Source: a virus
DNA: 64,000 nt
IMG/VR virus record: IMGVR_UViG_3300042988_001121
Location: 114,210-178,209 of that record
Reading direction: 5' to 3' (one strand)
Of this stretch, positions 52,801 through 62,674 are shown one piece after another; positions within the stretch are counted from its first letter, which is position 1; each line of letters opens with the position of its first letter. The notes beneath the pieces are model-generated. The model made no database searches. It saw only the letters and a list, made by a program, of their open reading frames with translations, and was not told the DNA's origin. The translations under genes were made by a program, and so were the position numbers.

Positions 52801-55800
52801 GAACCGAGTTTTCTTCTGACTCAACCACAACCACTAGCGGATATAAAGTCACTGACACTACGGCAGTAACTGGTAAACAGACTCTGACATACAACGAAAC
52901 CACGGCTCGTATTGGTCTTGAGATTGCTTCTGCCCCAAGTACAATTAACACCGATCTTGGGTCAAAGGTAGTTGACGTTTCTTTGGCTCCTTATATTCGC
53001 AGCCGTGAAGTCAAATTCACTGCTATTGCTCTGCAACCGAACACTTCACTGAATGCTTATTTCGATAATGTTCTGGTAACAGATTATGTCAATCCTGCAA
53101 TCTGTTTTGTCATCAATGCAGTCTCGGTTGACCCAACTGTTAAGACTTTTGTGCAACAAGGTACAAACAATGAAGTAGAGGTCATTGGTGTATTTGGTAA
53201 TCGTATCTATGGTCGCATTAAGGGCGCTGATATTACGGTCGGTAATATTGTTGCAGCAACCGACACAGGTACTGTCACCTATTCTATTTCAAAGATCATT
53301 CGTAATACATCGACTGGCACAAAACTGGCTACCAATGAATTCGGTGAAATCTGCGGTATATTCGTTGTTCCTAATAATGATACATTGAGATTTACTGTCG
53401 GTGATCGTGCATTTAGATTGTCCGATGAAATTGATTCAAAGGATTCTCGTTGTATTGCTGAGACTCGGTATACTGCTCAGGGACTGAATAAGACTACCGA
53501 AAAAACAATTATTTCAACTCGTGTGAATGTCATTAACATTCAACCAAAAATGCAGGTCGAAACTGCTGTGGTTGGTGTTGAAGTTAAAGACTATGCTGTA
53601 TCAACAATTTCTTATACAACCGACATTACTCCTGTTAAGCAATATGTTCTGAATGCCAATAAGACATTGATTACTGAAGGCGAGTCGGTTAACTTTACTG
53701 TTTCTACTCAGAATGTCAATGATGGCGAGTCCATTCCATATACAATTACTGGTGTATCGTCAAACGACATTACTGCGCCATTAACAGGTACATTAGTCAT
53801 TAAAGACAATGCCGCCTCTTTGAATGTTCTTGCGACCGAAGATTTGACTACCGAAGGTTTAGAAAATATTGCATTCACAATTTCTCCTGCTAACGTAACA
53901 CCACAGACAGTATCGGTTGCTATTACTGACACATCCACTGCGCCGACCATCAAGTTTGTTTTGACAGCAAACAAGACAGTTGTAAATGAAGGCGATACAA
54001 TTACATTCAGTCTCGCAACAACTGGCGTTGCCAATGGTATCAATGTGCCATATTCTATCAGCGGAGTAAATAGCGCAGATATCAGTGGCGGTGTGATGAC
54101 AGGTAATTTGATCATTAGTAGCAATGCTGCATCATTGACAGTTACCATGTCTTCTGACTCATTGACCGAGGGTGTTGAGTATATTCAATTTACAATCACA
54201 CCTCCAGGATATGACACACAATCGGTTGCAGCAATTGTTAATGATACTTCTTTGTCAACACCAGCGGCTTCTTATGTTCTGAATGCAAACCGTACATCGG
54301 TCAATGAAGGTCAATCAGTTACTATTACACTGAATACGCAAAACGTGTCTAATGGAACCACAGTTGCTTATACCATTACACCGAAGGCAGGTAGTACATT
54401 GACTGCTGCTGAATTGGGAATTGGTTCTCTGACCGGAAACTTCACGGTCAACAGTAATACCGCATCTATCACCATCACACCAACGGTTGATGTGTTGACC
54501 GAAGGAACCGAGACATTCATTGTTTCTCTGGATTCTGTTGTGTGTAATAATCTGGAAATTGATATTGTTGACACATCGACTTCTCCTACCTATGTCGTTA
54601 ATGCGAATAAGGACACCGTAAGCGAAGGCGGTACTGTCACGTTTGCGGTATCTGCAATTGGCATGACTGGTGGCGCAATCAGCGTTCCTTATACTTTGAC
54701 AGGAACGGGTATTACTTCAAGTGATCTGAATGGTGCTTCTTTGAGTGGTACATTGAGTGGGCTGAACAATAACACGGTTTCCCTACCACTGACAATTAGT
54801 ACCGATGCAGCAACCGAGGGCGATGAGTCTCTGACATTCACAGCAACCATCGGCGGCGTTAATTACACCAAAACAGTTTCTATCATTGATAGTAGTCAAG
54901 CTGCCGTGACTTATGCTGTTGTGTCGGATATGACTTCGATTGCCGAAGGTTCTACTGTCACGTTTACTGTTCAGACAACAAACCTCCCTGCATCTACTCA
55001 GTTGCAATATCGTATCAGCGGTGTTTCTTCTGGTGATATTAGTGTTGCTCCTATTGGATATTTGACTATCAATGGTTCTGGTTCTGCAACACTGGCGGTT
55101 CAATTGGTTGCAGATAGTTCAACCGAAGGTCAAGAGACACTGGTGTTTGATGTATATGGCGTTGCTAATACTATTGTGGCAACAGCAACTGTTTTGGTGC
55201 AAGACACATCAACTTCCCCTTCCACATATAGCCTGACTTCTAATGCTAGTTCTATCTATGAGGGCGGAAGTGTCACGTTTACGCTGACAACCACTAACGT
55301 TGCATCAGGAACTCTGGTGCCATATTCTATCACAGGTATATCAACTTCCGATTTGGTTTCTGGCTCTCAACTGAGTGGTTTCCTGACATTGACAGGCGGA
55401 AGTGCTTCTCATACAGTCACATTATCAGAAGATGCATTGACTGAAGGAACCGAAGTTCTGACATTCACCATCAATCACAATGGAAATACTCGTAGTCAGA
55501 ACGTCAGTGTCATTGATACCAGTTCATCGGTTCCTACATTCGTTTTGAATTCTGATAAGAGCAACGTTGTTGAAGGCGGCACTGTTCGTTTCACTATCAA
55601 CACAACAAACTACGAAACAGGTGTTATTCCTTGGTCTTTGAGTGGTACAGGAATTACTTCTGGTGACGTTAATATCATGTCGGGTAACTTGAGTGTTGTC
55701 AATGGAACTGCTTATGTTGATGTACAGATTACATCTGACGGAACAACAGAGGGCGATGAAACATTTACATTCACTGCTACTCCTATCGGTGGGTATTCTT

Positions 55801-56195
55801 GTGCTCCTGTCAGTGTAACAATTTCTGATACCTCGGGTACTCCTGTTACTTATAACCTGACTACAACGACTCCTACTGTCAATGAAGGGGCTTCGGTTAC
55901 TGTTACATTGACCACAACAGGTCTGTCGGCAGGAACAACCATACCATATGCAATCGGTGGCACGGGCGTAACGGCAGCGGATATTGTTGGTGGGTTGACA
56001 GGTAACTTTACATTGAATAGTTCTGGTACAGCGACAACTACATTTACTGTTGCTAACGATTTTGCAACTGAGGGCGGCGAGACGTTGGTATTCACGACAA
56101 CTCATAATGGTATTAGTCGCTCATTAAATATCTTTGTAAGTGACACCAGCCAAAACGTACCTACATTTGTGCTAAACGTGTCGTCAATTTCTTAA
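49869..56195 (+). CDS. VrlC/DUF4815-like giant virion protein, N-terminal part with 8 Ig-like repeats
   Basis: LNV.PY.DDF...K.Y.RILFKPGFAVQARELTQLQ.ILQNQ, RTFDESGNYTV.PF, KNGILVD.F.GH, LNPY.VF.W.G; then Y.L.A.K..V.EG...V.V.DTS repeats. Confidence 0.9.
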   Translation: MELNVQPYFDDFSQAKKYQRILFKPGFAVQARELTQLQTILQNQIEQFGSHIFKDGSIVHGLKQTYQQNVLSINISFNYDPSLLEGKTVTFSGGATAIVKKGTIVDSKKYIFVSILNGIKVSPAETLTVETYTATVASDITSINAANLFSVSEGIMFANGFFAYVNPQTKNLGVSSIADSFYIGFDVVESTVDVDTDDSLLDNSIGSNNYSAPGADRLKLDLQLNAYQYDPTGAVDYPKAPKNFIQIATVEYGTLIQATTKPEYSELETALANRTFDESGNYTVRPFIASIDKSIKGRDDYMTLKVGAGKAYVAGYEYETTGTTNIEIYRGRDVAPTVYDDAILAHYGDYVHLVASPYGLINFNALPTVNLYSVTYASAGVGTKIGTARLKHYKFDGNNHRLYLSEISVDTGKSFADVKSCMYGSTFKADFDTTVGLVREKASVSSLVFSVPQHAVKTMLPDAVANMDYRYRKFVTLNFVNNVATMSLASGESFIAGSNNDLVKSQYFNIVPTSGTTPAPGTDIIGDITVTIAGGTATFTRSGTSASFSASAQVEVKMSNIMSKQKTLTLGTQYFTAAELATDLSLKIADGVRLISVRDDAGNDYTSRYDFYTGQTDNLYDHCGIRLIGTSPLVSNTELVRLEVTFSYFKHSDGAGFFTVDSYTGSGALYDQIPYVRMSDGSMLDLASSIDFRPRKLADGSIEGGYIVSPFSEINASYQYYVGRIDKLVLTKDKKFDLITGVPAVNPKVPADLPDAMTLYVIEIPAYTYRPADVKMTYVENRRYTMRDIGKIDTRVSKLEYYASLSLLEKQAADEKVPGIAGIDKFKNGILVDSFAGHSVGDVTSPEYNCSIDQENRVLRPRFDQKSLDMEFTLQSGMKRHANLITLDYDTVPYIEQPYATKTVNLNPYGVFSWVGHMTLSPSSDNWVDEKTNPAVIVNTNGVNDAFSIISDTVPAGATLSTRWNSWQSVVKGISSVGTEFSSDSTTTTSGYKVTDTTAVTGKQTLTYNETTARIGLEIASAPSTINTDLGSKVVDVSLAPYIRSREVKFTAIALQPNTSLNAYFDNVLVTDYVNPAICFVINAVSVDPTVKTFVQQGTNNEVEVIGVFGNRIYGRIKGADITVGNIVAATDTGTVTYSISKIIRNTSTGTKLATNEFGEICGIFVVPNNDTLRFTVGDRAFRLSDEIDSKDSRCIAETRYTAQGLNKTTEKTIISTRVNVINIQPKMQVETAVVGVEVKDYAVSTISYTTDITPVKQYVLNANKTLITEGESVNFTVSTQNVNDGESIPYTITGVSSNDITAPLTGTLVIKDNAASLNVLATEDLTTEGLENIAFTISPANVTPQTVSVAITDTSTAPTIKFVLTANKTVVNEGDTITFSLATTGVANGINVPYSISGVNSADISGGVMTGNLIISSNAASLTVTMSSDSLTEGVEYIQFTITPPGYDTQSVAAIVNDTSLSTPAASYVLNANRTSVNEGQSVTITLNTQNVSNGTTVAYTITPKAGSTLTAAELGIGSLTGNFTVNSNTASITITPTVDVLTEGTETFIVSLDSVVCNNLEIDIVDTSTSPTYVVNANKDTVSEGGTVTFAVSAIGMTGGAISVPYTLTGTGITSSDLNGASLSGTLSGLNNNTVSLPLTISTDAATEGDESLTFTATIGGVNYTKTVSIIDSSQAAVTYAVVSDMTSIAEGSTVTFTVQTTNLPASTQLQYRISGVSSGDISVAPIGYLTINGSGSATLAVQLVADSSTEGQETLVFDVYGVANTIVATATVLVQDTSTSPSTYSLTSNASSIYEGGSVTFTLTTTNVASGTLVPYSITGISTSDLVSGSQLSGFLTLTGGSASHTVTLSEDALTEGTEVLTFTINHNGNTRSQNVSVIDTSSSVPTFVLNSDKSNVVEGGTVRFTINTTNYETGVIPWSLSGTGITSGDVNIMSGNLSVVNGTAYVDVQITSDGTTEGDETFTFTATPIGGYSCAPVSVTISDTSGTPVTYNLTTTTPTVNEGASVTVTLTTTGLSAGTTIPYAIGGTGVTAADIVGGLTGNFTLNSSGTATTTFTVANDFATEGGETLVFTTTHNGISRSLNIFVSDTSQNVPTFVLNVSSIS

Positions 56196-56205
56196 ATGGA
56201 AAACA

Positions 56206-59200
56206 ATGAGCGCATATACAATCAATGAGGGACAAACAGTAAATTTGTCCCTGAATACTACTAATTTCGGGGTAACAAATTCTGGTACAGTCCCTTATTC
56301 GATTGCAGGAACAGGAATTACTTCCGGCGACATTTCAATTCCGCTGACAGGTAATATCAATGTCACCAATGGTGTTGGCACACTGTCGTTCACTGTTTTG
56401 GCGGATACTACTACAGAGGGCGGCGAGACACTTACTGTCACATGTAATCCTGTTGGTTATCAGTGTAACAGCGTCAATTTCTCGATTCTTGATACTTCAA
56501 CGACTCCTGTCTCATATACCTTAAACACCAACAAGAGTGTGGTAAATGAGGGAGATTCGTTCTCAGTGACCATGCAGGCAACTGCTAACGTTACTGCAAC
56601 GATTCCTTATACTGTTACGGGTATCAATGCTGCTGACATTTCTAATGGCACTCCACTGACAGGTAACTTTGTTTTCAGTAACTCAAACACGGCGACTATT
56701 CAGTTTCAGTTGGCAAATGATGTTACTGTTAATGAGGGAACCGAAACATTGGTTATTACTGCGGGTGGCATGACTCGCAATGTTACTGTAAATGACACCT
56801 CATATGCTCCTGTTTCGTATTCATTGACTTCTAGTGCAGATGCAGTCAATGAAGGCGGCTCTGTTTCATTCACATTCACGGCAGTCAATTTACCATCTGA
56901 TATTACTTGCGGTTACACTATTGCTGGTAACGGAATTACTTCTGCTGACCTTAGCGGCGCTCCATTGACAGGAAGTTTTACTACTGTTGGCGGAACAAAA
57001 ACAATTGGTCCCTTCACGATTGCTGCTGATGCTGCAACAGAAGGGGATGAAACATTCCAGTTCATTGTTAACGGAATCTCGGGCGTTGATCTTCGACGTT
57101 CTGTTGTGATTCGTGATACAAGTCAGACACCGACTGTTTATTCGATTGCGTCCGATAAATCGATCATGAATGAAGGTGAATCCGTTACATTCACTTTCTA
57201 TTCTAGTACACCAAAGATTGTTAGTTTTGTTGTCAATGGGGTTAGTCCTAGCGATGTTACTAGCGGCGCTCTGTCTGGGACACTGAATATTACCTCTGGT
57301 AGTGCTTCTCATTCAATTGCACTTGCGAACAATAATTTTACGGACGGTGATCGTCAAATCAATTTTGTTGTAACGACTCCTGATAATCAAGGGTTTAGTT
57401 CAATCGTAACTGTTCGTGATACCAGCAAGACAAAAGAGACTACTGCTATTTGGGTTCGGCGTGCGGTCAACAATAGTATGTTGGCGAACGAGACTACCGA
57501 TCGTTGGGTTGTATATGATTTTATTCCAAATAACTTACCATCCGATATAGAACATTGGTGGAGGTCGTATATTGCGTTAAGCGTCCAGAACGTAAACGGA
57601 ACGAAATTACAATCAGATTTTGAATTAGATGAATGTAAAGTATTCAATGGTTCTTTTGGAGGGGCTATTGGCGTTGGCGGAGAATTGTTGGGTGTAATGT
57701 CACACACAAGTGGAAGTGGTTTAGGACAATTTAGTTTCACAGTTGATAGTGCTACATTGAACTCTGTTCAGACTTGTCATATTGTGTTAAAAATTAAACA
57801 AGATGGACTAACAGAAGATGTTGAAACTTTCTTCATGCGTGCATCTTTGGGGTCACGCACATTCGATTCATCCGAATTCACAGTCATCGACTCCAGTACA
57901 ACCGTAATTCCTGAAATATCAGTTACATCGGACAAAGAAATTATTGCCGAAGGGCAGACTGTTAAAATCACTGCCTCGACATTCAATTCAGGATCAACTG
58001 TACCATATCTTTGGTCAGCACCAATTACATATACTATCGCAAACATTGCGGCAACTGATGTTAATATTCCTCTTACCGGAACACTGACACAGGGCGCGAA
58101 TGGTATTGCTGAATTGTTTATCACTGCACTTGATGACAAAAATTACGGTGAAGGCACTGAGCGATTCCAAGTTTATATTACATTCCCGAATGGCGAATCC
58201 CGTAATCTGACAATTGGTATCACTGACTCTACTCCTGATATTGTTCCAACAGATGCTGTTGTGAACGTTGCTCGTGGAGGTGTTGGTTTGTCAGAAGCAT
58301 TGGCAAAAACAATGCACCACTCAACCTATACGTATATCGTTGATATTCCTGCTGCACAGACAGGTTTGTTTGAATATGTGTTTGATTTCTCGGGCGAACC
58401 CTCTGATGTTACGGGGCGTGAATATATTACCAATGAACAAAAAACATTGAGTCAAAACCAGTTGGTTGTTAATGTCGGCGGCGCAGCGGTTTCAAAGGTA
58501 GAAGTCGATGGTTCTCCTTTATTGTCATCCGATAGCCGAGTTGAACAAGCCTTCAATACGATTGGCATGAATACAACGAGCAAATATCGCTGCTCGATTT
58601 TCATTCCTAAGTGGGACAGTAATCCACTTACACTGTTCTTTGCCCTGCAATGGAAACATACCATGTGGGAAGAATATTTTGGTAATGTTGGTACTGTTAG
58701 TGCAACATCAACTGAAGCTCCTGCACAGGTTGTCACACTCCGTCCCGGTGATGGCAATCTTTCTCGATACAATTCTTCTGCAAACGCTGCATGGGGTTGG
58801 TTGTCAAGACGCAACAAAGTCAATTTTAGTAGTGTCAGTACAGCCGATGTTACGGGTCTGAATGGATCAGGTCAATTGCCGAATGGTATTGTCCCCGGAG
58901 TTACTTTACAGGCATTGACAGGCGAACAGTTGGGAGCAACTGTCAACGGCGCTTCGTTTGTTCCTTCATATGGGTTTAGTTATAATCCTGCCGATTTTTT
59001 ACTTGCCCCTAAATTGGCAGGTGGTTTAGCATATACATTCATTGTGCCATTGTTTCCTGCTAATCCAGAAGTTTCTTCGATGGTTAAAGTACATCCTGAT
59101 CTTCTGAATAATTTCAGATCATCTACTTCTGAATTGGTTGTTACATATTCTCTGTTCAAACTGAGTTATTCCAATATTGGTACACAATTAACAGGCGGTG

Positions 59201-60717
59201 GTGATGTTAATTTCTTGGCGGGAAGCGCAATTTCTTCGACCGAGATTGTTGATTTCTCAAAATATGCCGTTTATTATCTGGTCAATGTTGCTTTGGATAT
59301 CAATGCTGCTAAGAATACTTTCGGAACAACCGATATGTCGGTTCTTCAGGGTAAAATAAACAGTTACATGAACTCTAACCCGAATTGTTTGTCGGTTACA
59401 TACAATATATCTTCGGGTCAAGTGTCGGATAGTTATGGTGGAACCTTACCATTCACGATCAACACCAGTTCATGGCAATTTATTATCAATAACGATCCCG
59501 TTGCTCAGACATTCTTTGTGGATCGCGTTTCGAGCAATGAAGGTTGCTTTGTTAAGAGTGTCGATGTATTCTTTAAGAAGAAGTCTTCATCCGTTCCAGT
59601 TACTCTGCAATTGCGCCCTGTGGTGAATGGTTATCCTTCATCTAATACTGTTCTACCTTTCGGGGCAGTGACATTGGCGGCAGATAATATTATTGCATCC
59701 TCTACTCCTGATGTTACTAAGTACACTCGGTTTGAGTTTAGTGATCCTGTTTATTTGCCTCCCGGCGAATACTCGGTTGTCATGATAACCAATACGACTG
59801 AGTACGAAACTTATGTTGCTGAGTTGGGCGGTTTCCGACTCGATGATACATCGAAACGTATTAGTACACAAGCGTATACGGGGTCTTTCTTTGAATCGCA
59901 GAATGGTAGTACATGGAGTGCTAACCAGAATGTTGATTTGATGTTCCGTATCAATCGCTGTTCATTCAAATCATCTGGTTCGGTTCTAATGATTCCTGAT
60001 AATGATGTGCAATCAATGCCCGTTGACTTGTTCTATGTCGGCGGAGAAATGTTGGATTTCGCGGCAACCAATGTTGATATGTCTTATAACGTGGCTAACA
60101 CTGGCTTCAAACCTTACATGTATGAAACTAATCAGCCAGTCGATACAAGGGTCACTATTCCGGGTCGCAACAACGGAACTGCCTACAATAGTCCAATTGT
60201 ATTCAAAGCAGATGTTAAGACAACCAATGATTATATCAGTCCTGTTCTGGATACCGAGCGTATCAGCGGTGTTTATGTCAACAACATTGTCAATTCAACT
60301 GCAACTAACGAGACATTACCACAGGGCGGCACCGCATATGCCAAGTATCTGACTCGCCGAGTGACGCTGGATAAGAATTTCTATGCTCAGGACTTGCGGG
60401 TTCTAATGGCGGCATCGGTTCCATCCGAATGTAATGTTCGTGTGTTCTATAAGGTTCTGCCAGTTGAAGACAATGCAACTCCGTTTGATCTTCAGCCATA
60501 TTACGAAATGGTCCCTGAGTATAGTCAGACCGTTGTCCCCGGTACATTCGGTGAAGTTAAATTCAAACCATCATTCGTTGATAGCAATGGAACACCTTCT
60601 TGCCTTGAAAATGACGGTTATTTCTCATCATTTGTTATCAAGGTAGTCATGGAATCTAGTGACACAACAAAGGTTCCTCTGATTCGTGACCTACGAGTAA
60701 TGGCACTTGATTTATGA
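56206..60717 (+). CDS. VrlC/DUF4815-like giant virion protein, C-terminal part with Ig-like repeats
   Basis: Continues the repeats; ends with DP.AQTF.V...VDVFF......PV.LQ.R...NGYP, F.F.DPVYL, LF.SQNG.TW...Q..DL.F, P.I.DLR.MAL. Confidence 0.9.
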   Translation: MSAYTINEGQTVNLSLNTTNFGVTNSGTVPYSIAGTGITSGDISIPLTGNINVTNGVGTLSFTVLADTTTEGGETLTVTCNPVGYQCNSVNFSILDTSTTPVSYTLNTNKSVVNEGDSFSVTMQATANVTATIPYTVTGINAADISNGTPLTGNFVFSNSNTATIQFQLANDVTVNEGTETLVITAGGMTRNVTVNDTSYAPVSYSLTSSADAVNEGGSVSFTFTAVNLPSDITCGYTIAGNGITSADLSGAPLTGSFTTVGGTKTIGPFTIAADAATEGDETFQFIVNGISGVDLRRSVVIRDTSQTPTVYSIASDKSIMNEGESVTFTFYSSTPKIVSFVVNGVSPSDVTSGALSGTLNITSGSASHSIALANNNFTDGDRQINFVVTTPDNQGFSSIVTVRDTSKTKETTAIWVRRAVNNSMLANETTDRWVVYDFIPNNLPSDIEHWWRSYIALSVQNVNGTKLQSDFELDECKVFNGSFGGAIGVGGELLGVMSHTSGSGLGQFSFTVDSATLNSVQTCHIVLKIKQDGLTEDVETFFMRASLGSRTFDSSEFTVIDSSTTVIPEISVTSDKEIIAEGQTVKITASTFNSGSTVPYLWSAPITYTIANIAATDVNIPLTGTLTQGANGIAELFITALDDKNYGEGTERFQVYITFPNGESRNLTIGITDSTPDIVPTDAVVNVARGGVGLSEALAKTMHHSTYTYIVDIPAAQTGLFEYVFDFSGEPSDVTGREYITNEQKTLSQNQLVVNVGGAAVSKVEVDGSPLLSSDSRVEQAFNTIGMNTTSKYRCSIFIPKWDSNPLTLFFALQWKHTMWEEYFGNVGTVSATSTEAPAQVVTLRPGDGNLSRYNSSANAAWGWLSRRNKVNFSSVSTADVTGLNGSGQLPNGIVPGVTLQALTGEQLGATVNGASFVPSYGFSYNPADFLLAPKLAGGLAYTFIVPLFPANPEVSSMVKVHPDLLNNFRSSTSELVVTYSLFKLSYSNIGTQLTGGGDVNFLAGSAISSTEIVDFSKYAVYYLVNVALDINAAKNTFGTTDMSVLQGKINSYMNSNPNCLSVTYNISSGQVSDSYGGTLPFTINTSSWQFIINNDPVAQTFFVDRVSSNEGCFVKSVDVFFKKKSSSVPVTLQLRPVVNGYPSSNTVLPFGAVTLAADNIIASSTPDVTKYTRFEFSDPVYLPPGEYSVVMITNTTEYETYVAELGGFRLDDTSKRISTQAYTGSFFESQNGSTWSANQNVDLMFRINRCSFKSSGSVLMIPDNDVQSMPVDLFYVGGEMLDFAATNVDMSYNVANTGFKPYMYETNQPVDTRVTIPGRNNGTAYNSPIVFKADVKTTNDYISPVLDTERISGVYVNNIVNSTATNETLPQGGTAYAKYLTRRVTLDKNFYAQDLRVLMAASVPSECNVRVFYKVLPVEDNATPFDLQPYYEMVPEYSQTVVPGTFGEVKFKPSFVDSNGTPSCLENDGYFSSFVIKVVMESSDTTKVPLIRDLRVMALDL

Positions 60718-60941
60718 GTGAAATGATTAAGATAGAGGGTTCGCCTACATTATTGCGTGACCCTCATTCAAAGGCAGTGTTAAATACTAACATTGGTGAA
60801 CGCGAAGCAAGGAAACAGCAACGCGACTTCTTTTTGTCTATGCAGGCGCAGAAAAATGAAGTGGAAAAACTGAAAGAAGAATTCGGTGAAATGAAAGATG
60901 CGCTATTCCAGATTTTAAATTTGCTGAAAGATAAGAAATAA
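60714..60941 (+). CDS. Small coiled-coil protein usual after VrlC-like genes
   Basis: IEG...L.RDP.S.A..N.....E...LK.E..E.K..L..L. Confidence 0.75.
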   Translation: MSEMIKIEGSPTLLRDPHSKAVLNTNIGEREARKQQRDFFLSMQAQKNEVEKLKEEFGEMKDALFQILNLLKDKK

Positions 60942-62674
60942 TGGCAACATTAGTCCTTCGTGCTACTAAAGGCGCACCCCTAACGAATACTGAAGTAGAT
61001 AATAACTTTAGTAACCTGAATACCGATATTGCGGGTAAGGTAGCAACAACTACAACAATCTCTGCTGGCACTGGTTTGTCGGGCGGCGGTGATCTTTCGG
61101 CAAATCGTTCATTGAGTCTTGCTAATACCACGGTCACTCCGGGTTCGTATGGTAGTAGTTCTGCTATTCCTACTTTCACGGTCGATGCACAGGGTCGATT
61201 GACAGCCGCAGGAACCACATCAATTACTTTGCCAAGCGGATTGACTTCAGGTAGTGCAGGCGTTGGTTATGTCACATATAACGGAACTACTGCAACTGTT
61301 GGTCAATTTGATGGCGGGACAACTGCTCCAAGTGGCACCACTAGACTGAATTATGGTGGTAATTTCTATGCCACTAATTTCTATGGCATTGGAACCAATT
61401 TAACGGCTCTTAGCGCCTCGAACGTCAATACAGGTACTCTAGGGTCAACTTATGGTGGAACGGGCGTTAACAACGGTTCTAGCACCCTTACAATGGCTGG
61501 ATCGGTTACGCATGCAGGGGCGTTTGCGAGAACATTTACTGCAACAGGTATAACCAACCTAACATTGCCGACTTCTGGTACATTGGCAACACTGGCAGGA
61601 ACCGAGACATTCACTAACAAGACATGGAACGGGGCTGTAATTGGTGCTGCATATGGTGGTACTGGTCAGACTTCATATACTATCGGTGACTTGTTGTATG
61701 CATCAGGGACAACTACACTGTCTAAGTTATCCGCAGGTACTTCTGGATACGTGTTGGTTTCTGGTGGTGCAGGAGTTGCCCCTTATTGGGCAGCATCTGG
61801 TGCAAATGCAGGTTGGTTGAATCCAACGCCAATCAAGACCGCTGCTTATACTGCTGTTAAGGGTGATCTAGTTCGTTGTAATACCTCGGGTGGTGCATTT
61901 ACAGTTACTTTGCCTGCCGCACCTGCTGATGGAGATTTAATCGGCATCATTGATATTTCTAATACTGCTGCTACATCAAATATTACGATTGCTCCTAATG
62001 GCAAGACTGTTGAGGGCGATGCAACTTCTTTGATCATTAACCTAAATGGTGCATGTGTTGTTCTTACATATAACAGTGCAGCAACAAACTGGAAATTGGT
62101 TGATACTCCTGTTCCGGGAGGTTGGTTGCCATCACAGGGCGGTAATTCAAACAAAGTTCTTTCGACCGATGGTTCAACTGCTTCTTGGGTAACTACCACT
62201 GTTGCGATGGGTGGTACTGGTGCAACTACCTTGACAGGTCTTATTAAAGGTAATGGTACTGCTGCAATGACTGCCGCTGTTGGTGGAACAGATTATACCA
62301 CACCAACAGGAACCGAGTCACTGAGCAATAAGACTTTGGTCAATCCTGTTATTACCAACTATACTGAAACTACTGTTGTCGCTAATAGTGGAACTGCATA
62401 TACATTCAACTTAGCAAACGGCACTAAGTTTTTCATTACACTGACAGGGAACGTCACTTATACATTCCCTACTGCTGCTGTTGGCAAATCTTTTGTTCTT
62501 TATCAACTACAAGATGCAACGGGTGGTCGTTCTGTTACATGGGCAGGTAATGTGAAATTTCCGGGTGGTACAACACCGACAATCACGACTACTGCGAATA
62601 AGGCGGATAAATTTGTGTTTGATTGTTTTGATGGAACGAATTGGGTCGCTAGCTTGGCAGGAGCGAATTACTAA
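60941..62674 (+). CDS. Tail fibre protein
   Basis: Baseplate-binding N-terminus LR..KG.PLT..EVD.NF.NL; Gly/Thr-rich shaft modules (YGGTG, TAYTA...RCNT); C-terminal QD.TGGR...W...FPGG..P..T domain. Confidence 0.85.
   Translation: MATLVLRATKGAPLTNTEVDNNFSNLNTDIAGKVATTTTISAGTGLSGGGDLSANRSLSLANTTVTPGSYGSSSAIPTFTVDAQGRLTAAGTTSITLPSGLTSGSAGVGYVTYNGTTATVGQFDGGTTAPSGTTRLNYGGNFYATNFYGIGTNLTALSASNVNTGTLGSTYGGTGVNNGSSTLTMAGSVTHAGAFARTFTATGITNLTLPTSGTLATLAGTETFTNKTWNGAVIGAAYGGTGQTSYTIGDLLYASGTTTLSKLSAGTSGYVLVSGGAGVAPYWAASGANAGWLNPTPIKTAAYTAVKGDLVRCNTSGGAFTVTLPAAPADGDLIGIIDISNTAATSNITIAPNGKTVEGDATSLIINLNGACVVLTYNSAATNWKLVDTPVPGGWLPSQGGNSNKVLSTDGSTASWVTTTVAMGGTGATTLTGLIKGNGTAAMTAAVGGTDYTTPTGTESLSNKTLVNPVITNYTETTVVANSGTAYTFNLANGTKFFITLTGNVTYTFPTAAVGKSFVLYQLQDATGGRSVTWAGNVKFPGGTTPTITTTANKADKFVFDCFDGTNWVASLAGANY

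Noticed and set aside
56181-56208. Sequencing frameshift splitting the VrlC-like gene
   Set aside because: Rejoining needs removal of 28 nt containing a stop, RBS and ATG, not a 1-2 base fix. Read-level confirmation is still advisable.
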